Shown: positions 12,034-24,248, counted from the first letter of the stretch. The stretch is DNA of 40,105 bases from Macrostomum lignano (GCA_002269645.1 NIVC01004635.1:1-40105), one strand, 5' to 3'. The notes: generated by a model from the letters alone, not told the origin. Numbers and translations are program-made.

Positions 12034-15000
12034 TTGTGTCTCAGTCCATTGTGTCTCAGTCCATTGTGTCTCAGTCCATTGTGTCTCAGTACTTTGTGTC
12101 TCAGTCCATTGTGTCTCAGTACTTTGTGTCTCAGTCCCTTGTGTCTCAGTACTTTGTGTCTCAGTCCCTTGTGTCTCAGTACTTTGTGTCTCAGTCCATT
12201 GTGTCTCAGTCCATTGTGTCTCAGTCCATTGTGTCTCAGTACTTTGTGTCTCAGTCCATTGTGTCTCAGTACTTTGTGTCTCAGTCCCTTGTGTCTCAGT
12301 ACTTTGTGTCTCAGTCCCTTGTGTCTCAGTACTTTGTGTCTCAGTCCCTTGTATCTCAGTACTTTGTGTCTCAGTCTCTTGTGTCTCAGTCCATTGTGTC
12401 TCAGTCTCTTGTGTCTCAGTTCATTGTGTCTCAGTCTCTTGTGTCTCAGTCCATTGTGTCTCAGTCCATTGTGTCTCAGTCTCTTGTGTCTCAGTCCATT
12501 GTGTCTCAGTTCATTGTGTCTCAGTCTCTTGTGTCTCAGTCCATTGTGTCTCAGTCCATTGTGTCTCAGTCTCTTGTGTCTCAGTCCATTGTGTCTCAGT
12601 CTCTTGTGTCTCAGTCTCTTGTGTCTCAGTCTCTTGTGTCTCAGTCCATTGTGTCTCAGTCTCTTGTGTCTCAGTTCATTGTGTCTCAGTCTCTTGTGTC
12701 TCAGTCCATTGTGTCTCAGTCTCTTGTGTCTCAGTCCATTGTGTCTCAGTCCATTGTGTCTGAGTCCATTGTGTCTGAGTCCATTGTGTCTCAGTCTCTT
12801 GTGTCTCAGTCTCTTGTGTCTCAGTCTCTTGTGTCTCAGTCCATTGTGTCTCAGTCTCTTGTGTCTCAGTTCATTGTGTCTCAGTCCATTGTGTCTCAGT
12901 CCATTGTGTCTCAGTCCATTGTGTCTCAGTCCCTTGTGTCTCAGTCCATTGTGTCTCAGTCCATTGTGTCTCAGTCCCTTGTGTCTCAGTCCATTGTGTC
13001 TCAGTACTTTGTGTCTCAGTTCATTGTGTCTCAGTCCATTGTGTCTCAGTCCATTGTGTCTCAGTACTTTGTGTCTCAGTCCATTGTGTCTCAGTACTTT
13101 GTGTCTCAGTCCCTTGTGTCTCAGTACTTTGTGTCTCAGTCCATTGTGTCTCAGTCCATTGTGTCTCAGTCCATTGTGTCTCAGTACTTTGTGTCTCAGT
13201 CCATTGTGTCTCAGTACTTTGTGTCTCAGTCCCTTGTGTCTCAGTACTTTGTGTCTCAGTCCCTTGTGTCTCAGTACTTTGTGTCTCAGTCCCTTGTATC
13301 TCAGTACTTTGTGTCTCAGTACTTTGTGTCTCACTCCCTTGTGTCTCAGTTCATTGTGTCTCAGTCCATTGTGTCTCAGTACTTTGTGTCTCACTCCCTT
13401 GTGTCTCAGTACTTTGTGTCTCACTCCCTTGTGTCTCAGTACTTTGTGTCTCAGTCCATTGTGTCTCAGTACTTTGTGTCTCAGTCTCTTGTGTCTCAGT
13501 TCATTTTGTCTCAGTCTCTTGTGTCTCAGTCCATTGTGTCTCAGTCTCTTGTGTCTCAGTTCATTGTGTCTCAGTCTCTTGTGTCTCAGTCCATTGTGTC
13601 TCAGTCCATTGTGTCTCAGTCTCTTGTGTCTCAGTCCATTGTGTCTCAGTTCATTGTGTCTCAGTCTCTTGTGTCTCAGTCCATTGTGTCTCAGTCCATT
13701 GTGTCTCAGTCTCTTGTGTCTCAGTCCATTGTGTCTCAGTCTCTTGTGTCTCAGTCTCTTGTGTCTCAGTCTCTTGTGTCTCAGTCCATTGTGTCTCAGT
13801 CTCTTGTGTCTCAGTTCATTGTGTCTCAGTCTCTTGTGTCTCAGTCCATTGTGTCTCAGTCTCTTGTGTCTCAGTCCATTGTGTCTCAGTACTTTGTGTC
13901 TCACTCCATTGTGTCTCAGTACTTTGTGTCTCACTCCCTTGTGTCTCAGTACTTTGTGTCTCAGTACTTTGTGTCTCAGTACTTTGTGTCTCACTCCCTT
14001 GTGTCTCAGTTCATTGTGTCTCAGTCTCTTGTGTCTCAGTCCATTGTGTCTCAGTCCATTGTGTCTGAGTCCATTGTGTCTGAGTCCATTGTGTCTCAGT
14101 CTCTTGTGTCTCAGTCTCTTGTGTCTCAGTCTCTTGTGTCTCAGTCCATTGTGTCTCAGTCTCTTGTGTCTCAGTTCATTGTGTCTCAGTCCATTGTGTC
14201 TCAGTCCATTGTGTCTCAGTCCATTGTGTCTCAGTCCCTTGTGTCTCAGTCCATTGTGTCTCAGTCCATTGTGTCTCAGTCCCTTGTGTCTCAGTCCATT
14301 GTGTCTCAGTACTTTGTGTCTCAGTTCATTGTGTCTCAGTCCATTGTGTCTCAGTCCATTGTGTCTCAGTACTTTGTGTCTCAGTCCATTGTGTCTCAGT
14401 ACTTTGTGTCTCAGTCCCTTGTGTCTCAGTACTTTGTGTCTCAGTCCATTGTGTCTCAGTCCATTGTGTCTCAGTCCATTGTGTCTCAGTACTTTGTGTC
14501 TCAGTCCATTGTGTCTCAGTACTTTGTGTCTCAGTCCCTTGTGTCTCAGTACTTTGTGTCTCAGTCCCTTGTGTCTCAGTACTTTGTGTCTCAGTCCCTT
14601 GTATCTCAGTACTTTGTGTCTCAGTACTTTGTGTCTCACTCCCTTGTGTCTCAGTTCATTGTGTCTCAGTCCATTGTGTCTCAGTACTTTGTGTCTCACT
14701 CCCTTGTGTCTCAGTACTTTGTGTCTCACTCCCTTGTGTCTCAGTACTTTGTGTCTCAGTCCATTGTGTCTCAGTACTTTGTGTCTCAGTCTCTTGTGTC
14801 TCAGTTCATTTTGTCTCAGTCTCTTGTGTCTCAGTCCATTGTGTCTCAGTCTCTTGTGTCTCAGTTCATTGTGTCTCAGTCTCTTGTGTCTCAGTCCATT
14901 GTGTCTCAGTCCATTGTGTCTCAGTCTCTTGTGTCTCAGTCCATTGTGTCTCAGTTCATTGTGTCTCAGTCTCTTGTGTCTCAGTCCATTGTGTCTCAGT

Positions 15001-16510
15001 ACTTTGTGTCTCAGTCTCTTGTGTCTCAGTCCATTGTGTCTCAGTCTCTTGTGTCTCAGTCTCTTGTGTCTCAGTCTCTTGTGTCTCAGTCCATTGTGTC
15101 TCAGTCTCTTGTGTCTCAGTTCATTGTGTCTCAGTCTCTTGTGTCTCAGTCCATTGTGTCTCAGTCTCTTGTGTCTCAGTCCATTGTGTCTCAGTCCATT
15201 GTGTCTGAGTCCATTGTGTCTGAGTCCATTGTGTCTCAGTCTCTTGTGTCTCAGTCTCTTGTGTCTCAGTCTCTTGTGTCTCAGTCCATTGTGTCTCAGT
15301 CTCTTGTGTCTCAGTTCATTGTGTCTCAGTCCATTGTGTCTCAGTCCATTGTGTCTCAGTCCATTGTGTCTCAGTCCCTTGTGTCTCAGTCCATTGTGTC
15401 TCAGTCCATTGTGTCTCAGTCCCTTGTGTCTCAGTCCATTGTGTCTCAGTACTTTGTGTCTCAGTTCATTGTGTCTCAGTCCATTGTGTCTCAGTCCATT
15501 GTGTCTCAGTACTTTGTGTCTCAGTCCATTGTGTCTCAGTACTTTGTGTCTCAGTCCCTTGTGTCTCAGTACTTTGTGTCTCAGTCCATTGTGTCTCAGT
15601 CCATTGTGTCTCAGTCCATTGTGTCTCAGTACTTTGTGTCTCAGTCCATTGTGTCTCAGTACTTTGTGTCTCAGTCCCTTGTGTCTCAGTACTTTGTGTC
15701 TCAGTCCCTTGTGTCTCAGTACTTTGTGTCTCAGTCCCTTGTATCTCAGTACTTTGTGTCTCAGTACTTTGTGTCTCACTCCCTTGTGTCTCAGTTCATT
15801 GTGTCTCAGTCCATTGTGTCTCAGTACTTTGTGTCTCACTCCCTTGTGTCTCAGTACTTTGTGTCTCACTCCCTTGTGTCTCAGTACTTTGTGTCTCAGT
15901 CCATTGTGTCTCAGTACTTTGTGTCTCAGTCTCTTGTGTCTCAGTTCATTTTGTCTCAGTCTCTTGTGTCTCAGTCCATTGTGTCTCAGTCTCTTGTGTC
16001 TCAGTCCATTGTGTCTCAGTCTCTTGTGTCTCAGTTCATTGTGTCTCAGTCTCTTGTGTCTCAGTCTCTTGTGTCTCAGTCCATTGTGTCTCAGTCCATT
16101 GTGTCTCAGTCCATTGTGTCTCAGTCTCTTGTGTCTCAGTTCATTGTGTCTCAGTCTCTTGTGTCTCAGTCCATTGTGTCTCAGTCTCTTGTGTCTCAGT
16201 CCATTGTGTCTCAGTCCATTGTGTCTGAGTCCATTGTGTCTCAGTCCATTGTGTCTCAGTCCATTGTGTCTCAGTCCATTGTGTCTCAGTCCATTGTGTC
16301 TCAGTCCATTGTGTCTCAGTCCATTGTGTCTCAGTACTTTGTGTCTCACTCCATTGTGTCTCAGTACTTTGTGTCTCACTCCCTTGTGTCTCAGTACTTT
16401 GTGTCTCAGTCCATTGTATCTCAGTCCATTGTGTCTCAGTACTTTGTGTCTCACTCCCTTGTGTCTCAGTACTTTGTGTCTCACTCCCTTGTGTCTCAGT
16501 CCATTGTGTC
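12034..16510. repeat. 15-bp satellite, right part (~298 monomers) with higher-order block repeats
   Basis: Same monomer as 7070-8273; rare variants recur at 945, 1305 and 1140 bp spacing. Confidence 0.97.
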
Positions 16511-17295
16511 GGAGTACACAGTGTTTCAGTCCTTTCGCTGGACTAATTTCTCGGAAAGTGCTGTCCGACTTGCGCTGATCAGAGCAGCATGCAGCGTCCC
16601 GATCCTGCTTGAGGCCATTCAGCAGGAACTGAAGCTCGGCAAGGACTTTATCCGCTTTTGTTTCTGAGGCTCTTTCGCTTGTGAACAAGCAGCCAGATGA
16701 AGTGAAACAGCAGGCGCCATTAGCCAAGTTCCGCCCTCGCCATCCCAGCAATGCCCGACCCTGCTCCCCTGCTCAAGTTTTACTCTCTTCCTGCTCACAC
16801 TTGGTGCCGCAGAAGCCCAAAAACCGATGAGTCCACGTGCAAAAGGCTAAAAGTACATTTACGAGTTTTACTCTGTAGAACGAATAAATTTAGATTTTGT
16901 TTATCTGGTTTAATTGCCAGATCAAATATCCGTGAAGGCTCCAGCCTTTATCCAGATGCCTAATGATTGAACCGACACGTTTTTTTCTACTCCAAATCTG
17001 GTGTTCTTTGCGCTCACAATTAAGTGGGGACTGACACAGATGCGACTAAATTGAAAGCCCGTCCTTGAGAAGCAGCGCTTGCGGCGTCACGCCCTCTCGA
17101 AGGGAGAGGTCACGTGACAGTTCGGAGCTTCAGAACTTTGCCTAATGAACTTCACCACTACCCCAGCTCACGTGACCAGCCATGAACTGAGTCGCTTTAT
17201 TAGAGCTAAGCTATCGGTAGAATTCCGGAAACCACTGACCCCCGGTTCATCATTATTTCAGAAAGGTCAAACTGAAGTCGTTGTGGTTGGAAACT

Positions 17296-17319
17296 AGATA
17301 GATAGATAGATAGATAGAT

Positions 17320-17416
<97 letters not shown>

Positions 17417-17495
17417 GCAGGTAGGTAGGTAGATATATAAGTAGGTAGGTAGGTAGGTAGATAGGTAGGTAGGTAGGCAGGCAGGTAGGTAGACA
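17296..17495. repeat. Compound (TAGA)n/(TAGG)n microsatellite next to the globin exon 1 donor
   Basis: Direct inspection. Confidence 0.95.
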
Positions 17496-17507
17496 GAAAG
17501 GCCTCAC

Positions 17508-17755
17508 CTGATGAACATCTCCACACCGGTGTCAGCCACATTTCTGTGTACCGCCTTCCAGGTCGTCCTCAGCTTGAAAATCTCCCGGTCGCTCAGCCCC
17601 AGCTTGGGGTCCGCGGACTTCGCTGCGCCGCCCACCACCAGCCGCGCCTCGGCGCTGCAGTCCAGCTGCGTCCGGACTTTGTCCGACTGCTCATTGAGCG
17701 GAGACTCGCCAAAATTCACTACTCCGATTCGGCCTTTCACCTGAGCGCAGCCCAT
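17508..17755 (-). CDS. Globin X-like gene, exon 1 (N-terminal acylation extension, A and B helices). Full CDS join(17755-17508, 4476-4245, 1707-1570), 205 aa
   Basis: ATG at 17755 gives MGCAQVKG... (Gly2/Cys3) and LSDREIFKLRTTWKAV...DTGVEMFI. Donor ATC AG|GTGAGG is phase 2 (B12.2). Exon lengths 248+232+138 = 618 nt, in frame. Confidence 0.88.
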
Positions 17756-18407
17756 CGCAGATTGCTGAATGGGATTCTCTCGATCCTTTCCTGTCCCTGC
17801 TGTGTCCGCGTTCACCACCGGGTTGGCGGTGACAAAGCAGCTTTAGCTGCAGCTCGCCACCTTTGATTGGCCCATCCGGGATGCCCAGGATTGGCCTCTC
17901 TGATGCAAAGAGCCACGTGCCGGGCGCTGAATTGCCAGCAGACTTCCAGTGATGATTGCAGGTCAGAGCAGTGGGCAGAGATTAGAAAATGTGAGCCACA
18001 GCATGTTGCTGCTTGCCTGGCCACCTGGGATTGGCAGGGTTGTACATGTATTTGGACAAAAAGTGAAGCAAAAGAATCGGACAAAAAAGATGAAAGGAGC
18101 TATGAAACTCGATATGATTGAGCTGATCAGTCTTGTCCATATCTATTCGAATTGCTGCGCTACATTTTGCTGGGGTTCATGCGTTGCAAAGTAGCTCGTA
18201 TCAAGCAAAGTTTTGTCTTTGATTTGAGCAAAGTTCTAGCATTTATCAGTGCTGTACATGCGCTTGCAACACAGGCGCGCGTGTGAAAACAGCATGTGTG
18301 CTGTGCGGACCGACCCGCGTTTGGGCGTCCGAGCCGCTGGTCAGGCATAAAATCATGCAGGCATACAAATCCACTGAGCCGTGCGTTTCTTTTCACACTT
18401 CAGAAGC

Positions 18408-18571
18408 ATGACGGCTTGCCAACCTTCTGCGGCCTCCGGAGCTGCCAAGCTGGTCCTGCTTGTGGCCGCAGTCGCCTTGTTGCTAACCGCTACTTGCTCA
18501 GCATCCAGTGCTGGGCATCATCAGCACGGCTCGCACGGGATACACGATGACCGAGTCATGACCAATGCCGA
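18408..18571 (+). CDS. MCFD2: MCFD2 homologue, exon 1 (signal peptide, His-rich segment). Full CDS join(18408-18571, 20241-20330, 21601-21779, 22126-22223), 176 aa
   Basis: MTACQPSAASGAAKLVLLVAAVALLLTATCSA signal peptide; donor GA|GTGAGT. The four exons sum to 531 nt, in frame. Confidence 0.82.
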
Positions 18572-18659
18572 GTGAGTCAAATGAAATTGTGTAGCGAGTC
18601 TGTCACTAATAATGTCACAAGTAATATACTTTTTCACTTTCGATTTCAATCAACGTGCT

Positions 18660-19497
18660 TTGTCTCTGAGTCCATTGTGTCTCAGTCTCTTGTGTCTGAG
18701 TTCATTGTATCTGAGTCCATTGTGTCTCAGTCTCTTGTGTCTGAGTCCCTTGTGTCTCAGTCTCTTGTGCCTGAGTCCATTGTGTCTCAGTCTCTTGTGT
18801 CTGAGTTCATTGTATCTGAGTCCATTGTGTCTCAGTCTCTTGTGTCTGAGTCCCTTGTGTCTCAGTCTCTTGTGCCTGAGTCCATTGTGTCTCAGTCTCT
18901 TGTGTCTGAGTCCCTTGTGTCTGAGTCCATTGTGTCTCAGTGCCTTGTGTCTGAGTCCATTGTGTCTGAGTCCCTTGTGTCTCAGTCTCTTGTGTCTGAG
19001 TACATTGTGTCTCAGTCTCTTGTGTCTGAGTCCATTGTGTCTGAGTCCATTGTGTCTCAGTCTCTTGTGTCTGAGTCCATTGTGACTCAATCTCTTGTGT
19101 CTCAGTCCCTTGTGTCTGAGTCCATTGTGTCTCAGTCTCTTGTGTCTGAGTCCATTGTGTCTGAGTCCATTGTGTCTGAGTCCATTGTGTCTGAGTCCAT
19201 TGTGTCTGAGTCCATTGTGTCTGAGTCCATTGTGTCTGAGTCCATTGTGTCTCAGTCCCTTGTGTCTGAGTCCATTGTGTCTCAGTCCCTTGTGTCTGAG
19301 TCCATTGTGTCTCAGTCTCTTGTGTCTGAGTCCATTGTGTCTGAGTCCATTGTGTCTCAGTCCCTTGTGTCTGAGTCCATTGTGTCTCAGTCTCTTGTTT
19401 CTGAGTCCATTGTGTCTGAGTCCATTGTGTCTCAGTCTCTTGTTTCTGAGTCCATTGTGTCTGAGTCCATTGTGTCTCAGTCTCTTGTGTCTGAGTC
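18660..19497. repeat. Second 15-bp satellite array (GAG-rich variant) in MCFD2 intron 1
   Basis: Same monomer family as the main array, with frequent CTGAG variants; about 55 copies. Confidence 0.95.
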
Positions 19498-19633
19498 TAG
19501 TTTCTCAATCTTGTCTTGATCAACGTGCAATTACTCAGTTTAATATTCTTTGTCGGGCAAAAACGTAAGATTGTTGAGATCGTTTTGTTTAAGAAATCCG
19601 ATGAACTTCAGTAGCTGGTTATTGTTGGCTTCA

Positions 19634-19760
19634 TTGTCCCATACTGTACGCTCCATGTCCCATACTGTACGCTCATTGTCCCATACTGTACGCTCCATGT
19701 CCCATACTGTACGCTCATTGTCCCATACTGTACGCTCATTGTCCCATACTGTACGCTCAT
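19634..19760. repeat. 21-bp tandem repeat TGTCCCATACTGTACGCTC(A/C)(T/A), 6 copies
   Basis: Direct inspection. Confidence 0.93.
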
Positions 19761-20240
19761 TATTCAACGCTTTGAAATCATTATTTAAGGCTACTAAAAT
19801 TACATTCATGAGACAATGAATAATTTTAGTCACTCGTGTCTGCCTCTAAAACCATATGCACAATCTACCATTGCGTTCTCCCATGCACATGGACCATAGA
19901 CTGCAAAGCCAAGCAAAGTGATAAAAAGCCACCTAAACCGAGAATCGAATTGAGTTGAATGTGACTTTGATTGATATTGCACGGGAGAAGGTGTACCAGC
20001 GATACGACCAATCTTCGTTCCTTACTGGACTTTATCTCATTTCTTAGAAAACCGAGTGTGATGCTTCGACTCCAGTTGTCCATGGCAGACTATTTAAGCA
20101 GCATAAAAGTTCATGCAAAAATGGGGTTCAATGAAACAGCCATTTGGCATATTTTTAATCCGCAAAATCCCTAAGCCTCAGGGAGCGGAGTTCCAGGATC
20201 CCTAAGCCTCAGCAACCGAAATACAATAAAACATTTCCAG

Positions 20241-20330
20241 CCACATCAGGTCTCACCTCAGCGAGGACTTCGGGATTAAGAAGGATCCCAGCGAGATGAG
20301 CCGGTCTGAGATCGAGTTCTACGAATTCAA
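20241..20330 (+). CDS. MCFD2: MCFD2 homologue, exon 2
   Basis: CCAG|C CAC ATC ... TTC AA|GTAAGT. Encodes HIRSHLSEDFGIKKDPSEMSRSEIEFYEFK, matching the MCFD2 HIxEHL...MSxxELxxHYF motif. Confidence 0.88.
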
Positions 20331-21215
20331 GTAAGTCCGCTGCATTTCGTGACTTCGGCACTGACTTTCAATGCCATCTCGTAAAGTCTAAAGTCTAGCT
20401 GAGAATTAATCCCCCTGGACTGGGGGTTATAGTTCGAATCAATAAGGGAATTAGAGTGGGTCCGGGTTGGGAAGGCGGCTGCGGGAATTGCATTGATCGC
20501 AGCTGAGCGAGGGACTTCGATCCATTTAAAGTCCTTTGTGTCTGCCATGAAGCCAGGACACGGATTTGGGCAGGAGTTGCGGCTCAGGACTGCAATTTTC
20601 TATCAAATTCAGAAAGCAGTTTTCAGTGAATTATCAATTGTGTTAATTAGTTTAATGCTTTTCATTCCGAGCTACTAAGCTATTTGTTTGTCTGAGTAAA
20701 AGTACAAGTAAGAAGTGAAATAGCTAGCCGCGAAGTTTACTCATAAATTATAGTTTTCTTGCTGAGTCTGCACTTCAATTGAACAGTTGGCGGTGTTGTT
20801 CGATTTCCTGTCAATTTCAGGAAGGATAAATAATCCCGGATCACGAAACAAGTAGGCTTTATTTTAATTTACAACGCAATGAAAATCAGGCACGAGAAGA
20901 CTAGGAATCACTCCGAGGCTCAAATGCCAGGGAGCAAAATTATTGTGCAATAATTTAAAATCGCGCCTGTCTAGAGAGTATTTTTAGACACATATCAAAG
21001 TAATTGCGCTCACTACGCTCTGCTCGAAATTCTATATGGAAAAGCGTTTCTGTGAAACACGGGCGAATGGGTTACAGTTTCTGATTTGTACTTTTACTGA
21101 TCGAAACGTCACCCGATTCGAGCGCTGTCTAGCTGTCTAGCTGATAGGCACCTGTAGTGACTTATATAGAAGACAAAGCCTTCGGCTCTCGGGATACTAA
21201 AAAATAGTGCCCGAG

Positions 21216-21334
21216 AGCGTGATGCAACTCTCATAGAATTGCTGGTTACTAAGGCCAAGTCAGGGCCATGGACCAAAAGAGCAAAAATTAAAGGCACCTG
21301 CACATTGCGGGCACTATGAGAGTTGCATCACGCT
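21216..21334. repeat. Perfect 21-bp inverted repeat (AGCGTGATGCAACTCTCATAG), MITE-like or hairpin, in MCFD2 intron 2
   Basis: Arms at 21216-21236 and 21314-21334. Confidence 0.7.
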
Positions 21335-21600
21335 TTACAGTTCTATTTTCAATGATCTCATGATAAAATAGACGAAATTGCAGTTTCACGTTCAAAGCTT
21401 CCAGCATTGTGCTTTTAACTGAATCATAAAGTTCGATTTTAAACGACCAGAAGAAACGAATGGGGTATAAGCTTCAAAATTAGCTGAATCCTACAACAGA
21501 CTTATCAATAATGCAATAAAAACAGTCAATTATTACGTAAAGCGAATACAAAGATTCAGAAGGCTACAAACTACAGGCATCCTGAACCCGCAACCCTCAG

Positions 21601-21779
21601 GTCTCACGACTTCGACAAGAATGGCAAACTTGATGGGCTGGAAATGCTGAAGGCCATGACTCATTACGACTACATCGATGTGAACCACTTGACGCCGGAG
21701 GAGGAACGAACCCTGACGCCAAAGCAGATTGCTGAGAAAAAAGAAAAACTTGTGAATGAGAAGCACGCCTCAATGGAGA
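21601..21779 (+). CDS. MCFD2: MCFD2 homologue, exon 3 (EF-hand 1)
   Basis: CAG|G TCT CAC GAC TTC GAC AAG AAT GGC AAA CTT GAT GGG CTG GAA encodes SHDFDKNGKLDGLEML; donor A|GTAAGT. Confidence 0.9.
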
Positions 21780-22125
21780 GTAAGTGTGCCTTGATTCCAC
21801 GTGTCTGTACATTTGCAGCCTGCTCTTGCCAACAAGTTGCTACGGGTACACCTGCAACCCACTGATTATTTGTAAAAGCATCAAGGATTGGTGCCGTAAG
21901 AAAAACGCTGAACAAAGCGTTTTAAACTGGACTAGGCTTTAGAAATTCCTTCATAATGGACTCGTTCACTTCGGCCAATTTTCAAACCCGAACTTTTCAT
22001 CGCATGCTTTTAAGGAGTGTGATTCAAATTCCTAACTAGCTTGAATTCAAGTCAAAAAGGAGCCTAGGTTTATTTCAAAAACATTTTAACAGAAAGTAGT
22101 TCTAATTTTATTGCCATTTTTCTAG

Positions 22126-22223
22126 GAGAAATCGACCACGTCATGGACGAGCATGATTTGGACAAGGACGGCTACGTGGACTACTCTGAGTACCTCACTG
22201 CGCGCTGGAAGGATGGCAACTAA
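22126..22223 (+). CDS. MCFD2: MCFD2 homologue, exon 4 (EF-hand 2, stop)
   Basis: TTTTCTAG|GA acceptor. Encodes EIDHVMDEHDLDKDGYVDYSEYLTARWKDGN*. Confidence 0.9.
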
Positions 22224-23851
22224 TAGCGCGAGTTTAGCAGTGGAATTTCCTTATTTTTTGAGCGCTACTTAAAATTTGGACTGCACGATGTAAGGACTAC
22301 TGATAGTAGGAGAAAAGAGACGCTGCGTTTTTTTGAAAACGACTTCAAGAAAGCAGTTGGCTACACAGCATCGTTTTGCACTGCTTGAATTCTTCTTTCG
22401 CTTTTTTGATGGAAAGCCGAAAAAGTGTTGTTTGTGTTTCATTCAGTTTCAATGAAAAATGATAAAAGAGCTGAATAGCTTGCAGATGGACAGCAGGATA
22501 TTCTTCCCTTCAATCTCGGAAGCAACCGTTTAAAATAAAATGGCATCGGTTCAGGTCTGAATCTGTATTAAACAAGGAATGCATTTAAGCTACAACTAAT
22601 ATCATCGAGCTCAATATTGGTTTTAGCTTGGATGTTTTTGGATAAATTTGCGTGTCAAGAAGTAGGGCATTATTGAATCTTTCTAGTGTTCCTACCGAGC
22701 CGGAATTGGACAGCCAAACTTTTATCGTCAGGGTTTCGTCAAAGATTGCGACTCGTCAAAGATAACTTCAGTTGGAACAATTGACTGCAACAGCAGATCT
22801 TGGAATTAACAATAGAAGTTGGTATTCAACCATCAGTCTTGTATCACTGATATGTCAATCAACTCGTATAGAATGCATTTTGTATGTAAAAAGTACGAGT
22901 AGTATGCCCAGTGCAACGGTACATTATCGTCCGGCTGCAGCATGCAGTTGGCGACCCCACCGATCTGTCATCTGTTGAAGCATTCTACCTGCTGCATCAC
23001 TCTACCTGAATAAGCAGTATTCCATAGACAGTCCATAGTCAACTCCCTGGGGCATGTTGCTAGAGGAGGCAATACGCGTTTCTTTACGCCCGATTTGAAC
23101 CATAGACTATGCGTTTTCACACAGATCTATGGAGTTAACTTCCTTATGTAGTATACATGTAATAACATTGCTGGATTGAAAAAAAATCGTTAAAAACCTT
23201 CAATGCTTTGCTGTTTTGCATTGTTTAGCAATTTGACTATCGTTGTTCGCACATTTTATGCATTGTTTGTAGGATCGTCAAACTGAAAAACAATACAAAG
23301 AATCAGCGGTCGCAGCACGTGACAACGAATTGTCAATTGTCAACGCATCACTAAAATTCTGTGAGCAAATTGACTTAACACCTGCGAACTCCTAAGCATC
23401 AATTTCCGCGACACAGCGTGGCACCGAACACCTGTTTGACAAGGGAAATACTGCTCGAGCTCAAATTGCAATATTGCAATGACTGGCAGCTAACGAGATG
23501 ACAGTGATGCCAGGCCCATGGGAGATTTTCCCGTCTGTATGCCATTGATACTGTGATAAAAGGCCATGAACAGCTGTGCTGCTTCGCTTCTGAGCAAGCA
23601 GCTTGAAGAGATATTTCACCTTTTATTGGTGATTTGTTGTTGGCTTATTGGCAGATTCAACTTGCCAAATTTCGAGGCGCTGTGACTCGCTCATGTCAAC
23701 GGCTTGGGTAAGACGTATGGATAAATTCCTGCAAATCTTTGTGCAGAATAAATCGAATTCATTCAGAGAAGTTAAAAAACACAAGGGCTGTACTTTAACC
23801 AAGTAGAATTGCCCAAATCTTCGGGAAAGCCCCACTACTTGCATAGAACGT

Positions 23852-23968
23852 GGGGTCGTACTATAAAGCTGTCGTAGCGTAAGTTCGATCGTACGTCTGA
23901 ACTTTTACACTACGGAGATAGGAACTAAGAACGATCTTATCTTACGATGGCTTTATAGAACGGGCCCC
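23852..23968. mobile_element. Small MITE-like element with imperfect ~40-bp TIRs
   Basis: Left arm GGGGTCGTACTATAAAGCTGTCGTAGCGTAAG matches the reverse complement of the right arm, GGGGCCCGTTCTATAAAGCCATCGTAAGATAAG. Confidence 0.55.
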
Positions 23969-24248
23969 GTGTCTGTATGAGGCGTGTCTTTGTAGGAAAG
24001 CCTCCACATGGTATCGTATCGACCATTTGACTGATTTTTCCACATTTTCCTAGAGTATGTGTTTTACCTTTATTTCACTGTGTACATGTACTTCACCTGT
24101 CTTAAGTTCGGTAGTTTCCATAAAAATTTCCCCTATGTAATTTTTCCTGACAAAACCAGAAGTCTCGCACGCGTTCTCGTCTCATCCGGCTTCTGTAAGC
24201 AGTAGGAGTGCAACTGTGGCTCTCATTTTTTAATATGAATTGCAGAAA

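Noticed and set aside
12012-16751. Very long ORFs (1579, 1514 and 1543 aa) and the similar ones at 7009-8526 and 18572-19568
   Set aside because: They are translations of a 15-bp monomer (a multiple of 3) that has few or no stops in several frames; there is no sign of a real protein.
23042-23130. CCATAGAC...TCTATGG segment as a possible MITE remnant
   Set aside because: The arms are too short and degenerate and no TSD could be identified.
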